Source: an uncultured Actinomycetes bacterium
GTDB taxonomy: Bacteria; Actinomycetota; Thermoleophilia; Gaiellales; Gaiellaceae
Length of the DNA stretch: 64,000 bases
Direction of reading: 5' to 3'
NCBI GenBank assembly: GCA_963728765.1
Contig: CAVSKX010000004.1
Coordinates: 470,137 to 534,136 of the forward strand
In this document: piece by piece, positions 1 to 8,399 of the stretch
How positions within the stretch are numbered: the stretch's first letter is position 1
Layout: each line of letters starts with the position of its first letter
Translations under genes and position numbers: made by a program
Notes under the pieces: model-generated
Seen by the model: only the letters and a program-made list of their open reading frames with translations
Databases searched by the model: none
What the model was told of the DNA's origin: nothing

Positions 1-879
1 GCGCGCCAGCGCGGCCTGAAGTTCCGGTGGCAGCACCGACTCGACCTCGATCCGCTCGTCCCGGAGCGGGTGCGGAAACGCGAGGCGCCACGCGTGGAGA
101 AACTGGCGCTTGAGCTGCTCGTCCGGGACGCCGTAGACAGGATCGCCGACGATGGGGAGGCCGATGGCCGCGAGGTGGACGCGGATCTGGTGGGTGCGTC
201 CGGTCTCGAGGCGCACGTCCAGCTGTGCGTGGCGGCCGAGCAGCCGCTCGACCTCGAAGTGCGTGACCGCCTCGCGAGGCGTGTCGGTGTCTAGAGAGTG
301 GCGCGTCGGGTCGTGGCGGTCCCGGCCGATCGGTGCCTCGATCCGCCCGGTCCAGGAGCGCGGGCGGCCGCGGACGAGCGCCTTGTAACGCCGCTCCAGC
401 GCCCGGTCGCGGACGAGCTCCTGGAGCCGCGCATAGGCCTCGTCGCTTCGCGCGACGACGAGCAGGCCCGAGGTGTCCCGGTCGAGCCGGTGGACGATCC
501 CGGGCCGCTCGTCGTCTTCGCCGCCCGCGGTGAGCCCGACCAGCCCGTGCACGAGCGTCCCCGACGCGTGCCCGGGCGACGGGTGGACGACGACCCCGGC
601 CGGCTTGTCGATCACGAGCACGTCGTCGTCCTCGTAGGCGATTCGAAGCGGGACCTCCTCGCGCTCCAGCCCGGGCGGCGAGGCCTCGGGCACCGTCAGC
701 TCGACGTGCTCTCCGCCTGCGAGCCGGTGGCTCTTCGGGCGCACCTCGCCGTCCACGAGCGCGGCGCCTTCGCCGAGCAGCCGCTCGGCCGCCGCGCGCG
801 AGCCCACCTCGGGCAACGAAGCGAGGAAGCGATCGAGCCGCTCGCCCGCGGCCTCGGCGGGGACGGCAACGCGCACCAA
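1..879 (-). CDS. rluD: RluD-family pseudouridine synthase; C-terminus lies beyond the window start
   Basis: Absent from the ORF track because it is truncated. Reverse translation gives an S4-like N-terminus (ERLDRFLASLPEVGSRAAAERLLGEGAALVDGE) and the catalytic motif GIVHRLDRDTSGLLVVARS (about 440-495). Only TTG 879 or GTG 876 are available as starts after the in-frame stop at 964-966. It lies downstream of lspA, a common arrangement. Confidence 0.8.
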   Translation of the reverse strand, partial: MVRVAVPAEAAGERLDRFLASLPEVGSRAAAERLLGEGAALVDGEVRPKSHRLAGGEHVELTVPEASPPGLEREEVPLRIAYEDDDVLVIDKPAGVVVHPSPGHASGTLVHGLVGLTAGGEDDERPGIVHRLDRDTSGLLVVARSDEAYARLQELVRDRALERRYKALVRGRPRSWTGRIEAPIGRDRHDPTRHSLDTDTPREAVTHFEVERLLGRHAQLDVRLETGRTHQIRVHLAAIGLPIVGDPVYGVPDEQLKRQFLHAWRLAFPHPLRDERIEVESVLPPELQAALAR

Positions 880-980
880 GGCGTCGCGTCCGATGCCGTC
901 CTCAGGCGGCGGGGGCTTCGCCCGCGCCTCCGTCTGAAATGACCGGTCGGCGCGCCTGCATTGTCAGTGGTGCCGCAGGG

Positions 981-1532
981 TCAGCGGGACCGGGTTTCGC
1001 CGATCAGCAGCGCGATGAAGAGGATCGAGACGCCGATCACGATGAAGCTGTCGGCGAGGTTGAACGCCGGCCAGTAGCGCAGGTCGAGGAAGTCCGTGAC
1101 GTGGCCGAGGCGGATCCGGTCGATCAGGTTCGAGGCCGAGCCGCCGATGAGGAGCCCCAGCGCGACGGGCAGCACGGGGTGGCGCGCCCCGGAGCGCGCG
1201 AAGAAGACGAGCATCCAGCCGACCGCGAACGCCGTCAACGCCGTCACCACGGCCGTGGCGCTCGAGAAGAGCCCGAACGCGATCCCGGAGTTCTGCACGT
1301 GGTGGATCGCGAAGGGCCCGATCACATGCACCGAGTCGTCGAACGCGAGTTGCGAGGAGACGATCAGCTTCGTCACCTGGTCGGCCGCGATCGCCGCGAT
1401 CACGACCGCGCCCAGGGCCAGCCACTGCTGCGTGCCTGCCGCGAGGGAGCGCTCCGCGACCGAGACCGGCGTTAGCGCGTCCGTGCTGGAGCCGACGCGG
1501 ACGTCAACCGTCCGCGGAGCCGGTTCGCTCAC
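981..1532 (-). CDS. lspA: Lipoprotein signal peptidase II
   Basis: ORF 981..1619 carries NSGIAFG, IGGSASNLIDR and FNLADS motifs and four TM segments. Preferred start is GTG 1532, giving a GTGA overlap with the upstream stop. Confidence 0.85.
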   Translation of the reverse strand: MSEPAPRTVDVRVGSSTDALTPVSVAERSLAAGTQQWLALGAVVIAAIAADQVTKLIVSSQLAFDDSVHVIGPFAIHHVQNSGIAFGLFSSATAVVTALTAFAVGWMLVFFARSGARHPVLPVALGLLIGGSASNLIDRIRLGHVTDFLDLRYWPAFNLADSFIVIGVSILFIALLIGETRSR

Positions 1533-1897
1533 CCGCGTTCCTCGCGGCGCTTGCAGTCGATGCAACGCGTCGTCCACGGCAGCGCCTCCAGGCGCTCCTC
1601 GGGGATGGGCTGGCCGCACTTCGGGCAGGTCCCGTAGGTGCCGTCATCGATCCGCTGCAGCGCGGCATCGATCGCCTGCAGCAGCCGCTCCTCGTTGCCC
1701 TCGAGCGTTGCGTCCAGCTCGCGGTCGAAGGTCGACGTCGCCATGTCGCCCGGGTGGTTGTCGCTCGGGATCTCCTCGCGGTCGTCCTCGAGCTGACCGC
1801 GGTTCTCCTCGTGGATGTAGTCGAGCGCCTCCTTCACCCGCCGCCGCTCGTCGAGCAGGCGCTGCTTGAAGTGCTCGGTGTCGAGCGCCGTGGTCAC
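1529..1897 (-). CDS. TraR/DksA-family C4 zinc-finger protein
   Basis: 122 aa with a charged coiled-coil N-terminus and the four-Cys finger CPKCGQPIPEERLEALPWTTRCIDC. Confidence 0.8.
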   Translation of the reverse strand: MTTALDTEHFKQRLLDERRRVKEALDYIHEENRGQLEDDREEIPSDNHPGDMATSTFDRELDATLEGNEERLLQAIDAALQRIDDGTYGTCPKCGQPIPEERLEALPWTTRCIDCKRREERG

Positions 1898-2271
1898 GAC
1901 GCATCCCCGCTACCCGGCAGGTCCCGGTTGGTGGGTGCAGACGGACGTCCGGGCAGAGCCCGAACGTCCTGAGGACGCCGTCGCAAGCGCCGGCTCGGCG
2001 CTCGGTCCAGCCTCCGCTCGATCTCCGCCGGCCCGATGCCCTCCATCAGGACGACCTTTTCCCTCGCGCCGTGGCCGGAAACGATCGAGAGCGAACGGCG
2101 AGGCAGCTGGAGCGTGTCGGCGAGCAGGTCGAGCACGGCGTCGTTCGCCCGCCCGCGCTCCGGCGACGCGCTCACGCGGACCTTCCAACCGTCCCCGTAA
2201 CGCCCGGCGACCTCGGTCCGTCGCGCCCCCGGAGAGACGCGGAGCCGGACGCGCGTCGAGGGCTTCGCCAT
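1894..2271 (-). CDS. DUF167 (YggU-like) protein
   Basis: 125 aa. VRLRVSPGARRTEVAGRYGDGWKVRVSASPERGRANDAVLDLLA resembles YggU. ATGA overlap with the next gene, and typical position after divIVA/yggT. Confidence 0.7.
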   Translation of the reverse strand: MAKPSTRVRLRVSPGARRTEVAGRYGDGWKVRVSASPERGRANDAVLDLLADTLQLPRRSLSIVSGHGAREKVVLMEGIGPAEIERRLDRAPSRRLRRRPQDVRALPGRPSAPTNRDLPGSGDAS

Positions 2272-2300
2272 GGGGCCAGTATAGGTTCGGCGGCTGGGTC

Positions 2301-2741
2301 TCAGGCGGCGTGCGCGCCTGCCTCCGCGTCGGCTTCGGCGTCCGCGACCGCGTCGAGCGCAGCCTCCAGCAGCGCACGCACTTTCCGGGCCTCTGCGAGC
2401 AGCCGTTCCCGCTCCGCTTGGGCGGCTCGCGTGACGGCGCGAGCCTCGGCGTGCGCCTCGTCGAGCACGATTCCGGCCTCGCGCCGCGCCTGGTCCTTTA
2501 GCTCGTGGGCCGACTTCTCGGCGGAGACGAGCGTCGTCCGCAGCAGCGTCTCGAGGTCGCGGTGCCGAGCGAGCTCGCCTTCGAGCTGCTCGATCCGGTC
2601 GGCGAACTCGGCGCGCTCCCGCCAGACCTCCTCGAATGAGCTCGCAACGTCCTCGAGCAGCTGGTCGACCGGCTTGCGGCGGTAGCCGCGCCAGCTGCGT
2701 GGGAGGTCTACGTGGTGGAGCTCCACCGGGGTGATGGTCAT
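2301..2741 (-). CDS. divIVA: DivIVA-domain cell division protein
   Basis: N-terminal DivIVA signature ITPVELHHVDLPRSWRGYRRKPVDQLL followed by coiled coil. ATG 2741 is preceded by GAGGAG at 6 nt; the longer ORF start (2768) would overlap yggT. Confidence 0.85.
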   Translation of the reverse strand: MTITPVELHHVDLPRSWRGYRRKPVDQLLEDVASSFEEVWRERAEFADRIEQLEGELARHRDLETLLRTTLVSAEKSAHELKDQARREAGIVLDEAHAEARAVTRAAQAERERLLAEARKVRALLEAALDAVADAEADAEAGAHAA

Positions 2742-2751
2742 GACGATCTCC

Positions 2752-3060
2752 TCAGGAGTAGTGGGCAAAGAGCGCGTCGATCACGCGCATCAGGGCGATC
2801 AACGCGAGCATGGCCACCACGGGCGAGAGGTCGAGCGCTCCGAGCGGCGGCAGGATCCGCCGGAAGATCCGCAGGTAGGGCTCGCATACGTCGCGGAGGA
2901 AGTCCGTGATCCGCCGCACCCAGATCGAGTACGGCAGCTTCACCCACGACGTCAGGACGTACACGAAGATCAGCAGGATGTAGACCCACAGGAACACGTC
3001 GATGAACGTGTTCACCCTGGATGCAGCATCCGCCAAAGCGAGTTGTGGGTGGTAGGACAT
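2752..3060 (-). CDS. yggT: YggT/Ycf19-family membrane protein
   Basis: ORF 2752..3144. ATG 3060 (MSYHPQ...) has AGGAG 5 nt upstream. Hydrophobic, with the YggT-like FIDVFLWVYILLIFVYVLTSW segment, in the sepF-yggT-divIVA order. Confidence 0.8.
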   Translation of the reverse strand: MSYHPQLALADAASRVNTFIDVFLWVYILLIFVYVLTSWVKLPYSIWVRRITDFLRDVCEPYLRIFRRILPPLGALDLSPVVAMLALIALMRVIDALFAHYS

Positions 3061-3096
3061 TGGCGCTCCTACGTCCCGGTCTCTGCGTTGGACGAC

Positions 3097-3460
3097 CGTA
3101 CCGGCAAGGCCGGCACGGCCTCTTCTGGTCGGCGTCGCAAGCAACGCCTTGGCAGCGCGAGCGTGGCCATCAGGCGTGACTTCTGCTCGTCACGCCCGTT
3201 TCCTGGTGCCAGAGCGGCCGTACGGGCCAAGCCCGCACGTCCTGAAGCGGCGCCGACAAGCGGCGCCTTAGCCGGACGCACGGGCGAAGCCCGGGCGTCC
3301 TCTTCTGGTCGGCACCGACAAGCGGCGCCTTAGCCGTACGCACGGGCGAGGCCCGTGCGTCCTCTTTTTGGTCGGCGCCGACAAGCGGCGCCTTAGCCAG
3401 ACGCACGGGCGAGGCCCGTGCGTCCTCTTTTGGGTCGGCGCCGACAAGCGGCGCCTTAGG
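3097..3460 (+). repeat. Tandem array of two-hairpin units: three near-perfect copies (period 62-63 bp) plus about three degenerate copies
   Basis: Unit = GACGCACGGGC-GAG-GCCCGTGCGTC, then CCTCTTTT(T)GGTC, then GGCGCC-GACAAGC-GGCGCC, then TTAGCC. Unit starts are at about 3274, 3336 and 3399; degenerate units lie at 3097-3273. The last unit supplies the sepF stop codon (TTA at 3456-3458 on +). Confidence 0.9.
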
Positions 3461-4016
3461 CCTGGTTGAAGAAGCCGCGCTCGAGCAGGCGGGCGCGCTC
3501 TTCCGCCGAGACCTGCACGTTGCGCGGGGTGAGCAGGAAGACCTTGTCGGCCACGCGCTGCATTCCGCCCTCGAGCGCGTAGGTGAGCCCGCTCGTGAAG
3601 TCGATCAGCCGCTTCGAGAGCTCCTGGTCGGCGCCCTGGAGGTTGAGGATCACCGGGATCGAGTCCTTGAACTTGTCGGCGATCTGCTGCGCATCGTTGA
3701 AGCTGCGCGGCACGACGAGGTGCACCTGCACCGACGGGACGGCGCGCACGGGCGCGGCCTCGTCGTAGGGGCCGCGGCGGTTGTTCCCGCGCGGGCGCAA
3801 CGCGGTCGTGGGCGCCGCCTCCTCGGGGTCCGGGTCGGTCCAGTCGTCGAAGTCCTGCTGCCGGCCCCGCGGGGTCAGCCGGCGCACGTTCGGCCGCGAG
3901 CTGTAGGTGCGCCCCAACTCCTCCTCGGTGAGGTAGCCGTCCTCGTCCCAGTCGTCCTCCTCCTCGGCGATGCCGAAGTAGACGAGCGTTCGGTTCCAAA
4001 CGTCTGCAAATCCCAT
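3456..4016 (-). CDS. sepF: Cell division protein SepF
   Basis: ORF 3456..4124. Start at M37 (MGFADVWNRTLVYFGI). The C-terminal SepF domain reads VHLVVPRSFNDAQQIADKFKDSIPVILNL ... RLIDFTSGLTYAL. Confidence 0.9.
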   Translation of the reverse strand: MGFADVWNRTLVYFGIAEEEDDWDEDGYLTEEELGRTYSSRPNVRRLTPRGRQQDFDDWTDPDPEEAAPTTALRPRGNNRRGPYDEAAPVRAVPSVQVHLVVPRSFNDAQQIADKFKDSIPVILNLQGADQELSKRLIDFTSGLTYALEGGMQRVADKVFLLTPRNVQVSAEERARLLERGFFNQA

Positions 4017-4029
4017 GGTTTGCGGGATG

Positions 4030-4635
4030 TTACAACCCGTAGAGAACGGACCCCAGCCGCACCAGCGTGGCGCCCTCGTCGGCTGCCACGCGGTAGTCCT
4101 GGCTCGTCCCCATCGAGAGCTCACGCAGGCCGTAGCGCTCCGCCAGCTCGCGCAGGCGGCGGAAGTACGGCCGGGAGGCCTCCGGGTCGTCGGTGAACGG
4201 CGGCATCGTCATCAGCCCGGCCACGTTCGCGTAGAGGGCGAGAAAATCCTCCAGCTCGGCCTCGGGGATTCCGGACTTCGACTCCTCGCCGGAGAGGTTG
4301 ACCTCGACCAGGGCCGGGATCTCGAGCCGCTGCGCGGCGGACTCGCTCGCAAGCGAGTGGCACAGCTCGCAGAGCTCGTTCACGGTTCGCGCCTTGCGGC
4401 TCTGCAGGTGGCCGATGAAGTGCCAGCGGAAGGCGTCGCCGTGCTCCACGTGCTTGGCCTCGAGATCCTGCGCGCGGTTCTCGCCGACGACCTCGATCCC
4501 GGCCTCGGCCAGCGCAGGCAGGTCCTCGACGTCCACGTACTTGGTCGCCGCGACGATCGTCACGTCCGGGGCGAGCTCGCCGCGAATGCGCTCGTAGTTC
4601 GCCCGGACAATCTCAGCCGATAACGCCAAGCACAC
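4030..4635 (-). CDS. yggS: YggS/YlmE-family PLP-binding protein
   Basis: ORF 4030..4728 with VAATKYV, HFIGHLQSRK and LSMGTSQDY motifs. Start is GTG 4635 or TTG 4629, just after the upstream stop at 4613. Confidence 0.85.
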   Translation of the reverse strand: MCLALSAEIVRANYERIRGELAPDVTIVAATKYVDVEDLPALAEAGIEVVGENRAQDLEAKHVEHGDAFRWHFIGHLQSRKARTVNELCELCHSLASESAAQRLEIPALVEVNLSGEESKSGIPEAELEDFLALYANVAGLMTMPPFTDDPEASRPYFRRLRELAERYGLRELSMGTSQDYRVAADEGATLVRLGSVLYGL

Positions 4636-5317
4636 CCTGCCTGCCGGTGAGGCCGTCGTCTCGCCGGTGTGAGAAGAAACGGTCGGGGTTGCATGCGGTG
4701 CAGAGGTCGACGCGGTCGACTCGCACACAGCCGGCGGCGCGAAGCGCCCGCTCCGCAGCCGACCAGAGGTCGAGCCTCCCGTCCTGCACCAAACCGAGCC
4801 CGAAGGCGCTGCGGTACCGCGAAGCCACCTCCTCCCCCACGTCGTAACAGCACGGCCCGATCCCCGGGCCGATCACCGCCGCCACGAGCCCGCCGTCCAG
4901 CGCCGCGACCCCCGACGCGGCGATCCCGCCGAGGAGCCCGCGCCAGCCCGCGTGCAGGACCGCCAGCGCGGGCTCGCGGCCGTTCGCCCGCGCGAGCGCG
5001 ATCGGCAGGCAGTCGGCCGCCAGCGCCAGCACAGGCACGCCGCGCTCGTCCGTCCAGAGGCCGTCGGCGCGCTCGGCGCGAGCGCCCGGCCGTGCCTTCA
5101 CGACATCGGCGGAGTGGTGCTGGTAGTTCATCGAGAGTGCATCGGGGTCGGCGCCCGCCTCCGCGCAGAGCCGCCGCCTGTTCTCGTCGACCCGCTCGGG
5201 CTCGTCCGCGGTCGCGCGGCCGAGGTTGAGCGAGGCGAACGGCCCCTCGCTGACACCTCCCTCGCGGGTCGAGAAGACGACGTCGTACGGCCCCGGCGCG
5301 TTCTCCCAGCGGATCAC
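4613..5317 (-). CDS. pgeF: PgeF/YfiH (YlmD, DUF152) family protein
   Basis: 234 aa with VVFSTREGGVS, ADCLPI, HAGWRG, CTACNPDRFFSHRRD motifs. GTGA overlap with the upstream gene. Confidence 0.85.
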   Translation of the reverse strand: MIRWENAPGPYDVVFSTREGGVSEGPFASLNLGRATADEPERVDENRRRLCAEAGADPDALSMNYQHHSADVVKARPGARAERADGLWTDERGVPVLALAADCLPIALARANGREPALAVLHAGWRGLLGGIAASGVAALDGGLVAAVIGPGIGPCCYDVGEEVASRYRSAFGLGLVQDGRLDLWSAAERALRAAGCVRVDRVDLCTACNPDRFFSHRRDDGLTGRQGVLGVIG

Positions 5318-7875
5318 TGCGCGATCAGCTCCTGGGCTGCCGCCAGCTCGGAGTCGCGGCCGTCGAGCTCGCCGTTCAGCTTGCGGCGCCGCAGTTCGGC
5401 GAGGACCTCCCCGACACGCGGCGACTCCGCGAGGCCGAGCTCGGCGAGGTCGCTGCCGCTCACCTCCAGGCGCACGTCGCGCAGGCGCTCGAAGTACTGG
5501 TGCAGCTGCGGCACGTCGGCGAGCGCCAGCGCGAACAGCGGGGCGTCGGGGGCGTACCGGTCGGCGAGCGCGACGACCCCCGCGGGATCCGTCGCCTCGC
5601 GCAGCCGCTCGACGAGTCGCGGCCCTACGGTCACCGCGGCCGCGATCGCGTCGGCCTCGCGCCGGCGCACCTTCAGCCGCTGGAGCCAGTCGTAGGCCTC
5701 GTCGGCGGGCAGCTTCCGCGCGAGCGCGGCCAGCCCGAGCCGCCAGGACGGTACGGCGAGGCCGTAGCGGTCGCGCAGCTCCCGTAGCCGTGCAAACAGC
5801 TCGACCGCCTCCGCGTCGGCCGCCAGGTGCGGGTGAATCGCCCGGTCCGCACCGAGCTCGGCGAGCCGCAGGATCGAGTGCTCGGCCTCGCGCTCCTCCA
5901 GCAGCGCGACGAGCTCGTCGCGCAGCCGCGCCGAGGAGAGGTCGCCGACGAGCCCCATCTCGATCGTCCCGCGCGCGAGGCGCACCGTGTGCTCGTCCAT
6001 CCGGAAGCCGTAGCGGTTCTCGTAGCGGATCCCGCGGAAGATGCGAGTCGGGTCGTCGATGAACGAGAGGTTGTGCAGGACGCGGATCCGCCGCGCGTCG
6101 AGGTCGCGCCGCCCGCCGAAGGGGTCGACGAGCCGACCGAGGTCTTCCCCCCGCAGCGAGACCGCCATCGCGTTGACGGTGAAGTCGCGCCGGAAGAGGT
6201 CCTCGCGGATCGAGGCGTGCTCGACCGTCGGCAGCGCCGCCGGTGCGTCGTAGAACTCGGTGCGAGCCGTCACCACGTCGACGCGGCGACCGTCGCCGTA
6301 GAGCACGACCGCGGTGCCGAACTTCTCGTGGGGGCGGACGCGCCCGCCGAGCACCTCCGCGAGCGCCTGCGCGAGCGCGATCGCGTCACCCTCGACCGCG
6401 ATGTCCACGTCGAAGCTCTGCTCCCCGAGCAGGATGTCGCGCACGGTCCCGCCGACGAGGTAGACGCCCTCGAACGGCTCCGACACGGCGGCGACTGCGT
6501 CGAAGACCGCCTGCAGCCGCTCGAGCCGCCCGAGCTCGTCCGTGAGCAATGGGCCGGGCGCGCGCTCCGCCTCCGCCTGCTGGCCGAGCGCCTGGAGAAC
6601 GTCGCTGCGCGTCACGACGCCGACCACGCGCTGGTCGCTCAAGACCGCAACGCGGTCGCCGCCGGCCGCGAGCAGGCGCTGGAGCTCGCCGAGCGGTGTT
6701 TCCTCGTCACAGGTCGCGACGCGGCCGCTCATGATTCCCTTCACCGGCGCGTGCGACAGGCCGTGCGACACGGCGCGATCGAGGTCCTCGCGGCCGACGA
6801 CGCCTTCGAGACGGCCGTCCGTGGCGACGAGGATCCCGCTCTGGCCGTAGCGCTGGCAGGTCACCAGAGCGCTCGCAACCGTGTCGTCGGGCGAGACCGT
6901 CCGCGGGGGGCTCGACATGATCTCGGCCGCGGACGGAAGCTCCCGCACTGCGCTCTGCAGGCCTGCCAGCAGCCGCTCCTTCGCCGGCCCGAGCCGACCC
7001 CTGAAGATCGCGGAGGCCGCCTCCGGATGCCCGCCCCCGCCGAGCGCCCCCGCGAGGCGCGAGGCGTCGAGCTCCGGAGTGCGGCTGCGCGTGACGCAGA
7101 AGACGCGCTCCTCCATCTCGACCAGTAGCGCGAGGGCCTTCGTGTCGGTCAGGTCGACCACCTTGTGCGCGAGATTCGAGACGCCGTCGACGTAGCGCGG
7201 CCACTCGACCGCGCCCACGAGCAGCTCGACCCCGGCGACCTCGTGCGGCTCGAGCGCGTCGAGCAGCGCCCCGAGCAGCTCGCGCTCGTCCTCGGTCAGC
7301 GGCGAGTGGAGGAACTGCGCGAGCAGCTCCTGCCGCGCGCCGTGGCGCAGGCACCACGCGAGCGCCTCGGCGTCGCGCTGCGTGGCGCTCGGGTACGTGA
7401 GCGAGCCCGTGTCCTCGTGGATGCCGAGCGCGAACGCCGTTGCCTCGAGCGGCGTGACCGCGAGCTCACGCTCGGCGAGCACGCCGACAAGCGTCGTCGT
7501 CAGCGCGCCGTCGGCGGAGAGGATCGTGTGCTCCTCCCCCGCCCACTCCGGTGCCTCGCCGCCGTGGTGGTCGAAGACGATCGCGTCGACGTTCGGGTCC
7601 AGCGCGACCCCTTCGAGCTCCCCAAGCCGGCTCGCATGGGTGGTCTCGACGACGATCAGGCGACGGATCGCGTCCGTCTCCAGCCTTGTTGCCTCGACGA
7701 GGCCGAGCTCGTCCGCGTGCAGGCGGTAGAACTCGCGCACGTTGCGGTTCAGCGAGCCCGAGAGGCAGACGACGGCGTCCGGGTAGAGCCGCCGCGCGGC
7801 GAGCATCGCCGCGAACGCGTCGAAGTCGGTGTTGCCGTGGGTCGCGATGACCGTCTCGGCCCTCATGCGGCCCAT
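5314..7875 (-). CDS. Fusion protein: DHH/DHHA1 domain + tandem CBS + class II nucleotidyltransferase (CCA-adding / poly(A) polymerase family)
   Basis: The last ~853 aa of the 1050-aa ORF. DHH: VIATHGNTDFDAF ... VFDHHGG. DHHA1: GGGGHPEAAS. Two CBS modules. Nucleotidyltransferase head: VYLVGGTVRDILLG..FDVDIAVEG and RRDFTVNAMA. The N-terminal 197 aa of the ORF are Arg-rich and overlap ridA, so the start is placed at ATG 7875 (or 7866). Confidence 0.8.
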   Translation of the reverse strand: MGRMRAETVIATHGNTDFDAFAAMLAARRLYPDAVVCLSGSLNRNVREFYRLHADELGLVEATRLETDAIRRLIVVETTHASRLGELEGVALDPNVDAIVFDHHGGEAPEWAGEEHTILSADGALTTTLVGVLAERELAVTPLEATAFALGIHEDTGSLTYPSATQRDAEALAWCLRHGARQELLAQFLHSPLTEDERELLGALLDALEPHEVAGVELLVGAVEWPRYVDGVSNLAHKVVDLTDTKALALLVEMEERVFCVTRSRTPELDASRLAGALGGGGHPEAASAIFRGRLGPAKERLLAGLQSAVRELPSAAEIMSSPPRTVSPDDTVASALVTCQRYGQSGILVATDGRLEGVVGREDLDRAVSHGLSHAPVKGIMSGRVATCDEETPLGELQRLLAAGGDRVAVLSDQRVVGVVTRSDVLQALGQQAEAERAPGPLLTDELGRLERLQAVFDAVAAVSEPFEGVYLVGGTVRDILLGEQSFDVDIAVEGDAIALAQALAEVLGGRVRPHEKFGTAVVLYGDGRRVDVVTARTEFYDAPAALPTVEHASIREDLFRRDFTVNAMAVSLRGEDLGRLVDPFGGRRDLDARRIRVLHNLSFIDDPTRIFRGIRYENRYGFRMDEHTVRLARGTIEMGLVGDLSSARLRDELVALLEEREAEHSILRLAELGADRAIHPHLAADAEAVELFARLRELRDRYGLAVPSWRLGLAALARKLPADEAYDWLQRLKVRRREADAIAAAVTVGPRLVERLREATDPAGVVALADRYAPDAPLFALALADVPQLHQYFERLRDVRLEVSGSDLAELGLAESPRVGEVLAELRRRKLNGELDGRDSELAAAQELIAQ

Positions 7876-7924
7876 TCTGCCTTCGGGCCCGGGAGAAAGC
7901 GGCGCATTTCCGGCACCCTCACGG

Positions 7925-7982
7925 CACAGACACGTGCGCCCACGCGCTGTACGCTCGCCTCGGGGAGGAGGCCGGGCGAACC
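7925..7982 (+). promoter_or_regulatory. Bipartite intergenic element R1 (14-mer, 11-nt spacer, TACGCT, G-rich box)
   Basis: CACAGACACGTGCG-N11-TACGCT-CGCCTCGGGGAGGAGGCCGGGCGAACC. It is essentially identical to 41238-41295 outside the spacer. The geometry is CAGACA, 17 nt, TACGCT. Confidence 0.5.
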
Positions 7983-8003
7983 CTCCCGAGACCACGCCGA
8001 AGC

Positions 8004-8399
8004 TCAGCCGGCCAGCGCGATCGCCTCGATCTCGACCTTCGCGCCCGACGGCAGCGCAGCGACCTCGATCGTCGCGCGCGCGGGCGGGGCGTCGCCGACG
8101 TGACGCGCGTAGACCTCGTTCATCCCGCCGAAGTCGCCCAGCTCGGTGAGGTAGACCGTCGTCTTCACGAGCCGGTCGAGCCCGCTTCCGGCCGCCTCGA
8201 GAATCGCACGCAGGTTCGCGAAGACCTGCTCGGTTTGCTCCGTGATCGAGTCGCCGACGATCTCCGCGTGGTCGGGGCGCAGCGAGAGCTGCCCCGAGAC
8301 GAAGACCAGGCCACCCGCGCTGATCGCCTGCGAGTACGGCGCCCCCTGGAACGGCGCCGGCGCCGCCTCGGTGCGGACGACGGACTTCTCTGCCATCAC
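8004..8399 (-). CDS. ridA: RidA/YjgF-family reactive-intermediate deaminase
   Basis: 131 aa: APFQGAPYSQAI..GGLVFVSGQL ... VKTTVYL ... ARATIEVAALPSGAKVEIEAIA. Start is GTG 8399 or ATG 8396. Confidence 0.9.
   Translation of the reverse strand: MMAEKSVVRTEAAPAPFQGAPYSQAISAGGLVFVSGQLSLRPDHAEIVGDSITEQTEQVFANLRAILEAAGSGLDRLVKTTVYLTELGDFGGMNEVYARHVGDAPPARATIEVAALPSGAKVEIEAIALAG

Noticed and set aside
3097-3460. Possible CRISPR array, because of the regular 62-63 bp periodicity.
   Set aside because: The whole unit repeats; there are no unique spacers between the repeats. There are no cas genes, and the last unit overlaps the sepF stop codon. It is a tandem (VNTR-like) repeat.
7925-7982. Assignment of the R elements to a known riboswitch or sRNA family (c-di-AMP ydaO, glycine, Mn yybP-ykoY, SAH, guanidine ykkC, actinobacterial 6C RNA).
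   Set aside because: Only short purine- or C-rich stretches resemble those consensus sequences as I recall them. The secondary structure is not conserved between copies R1 and R2, and the orientation is antisense to all neighbouring genes. Covariance-model scans are still needed.
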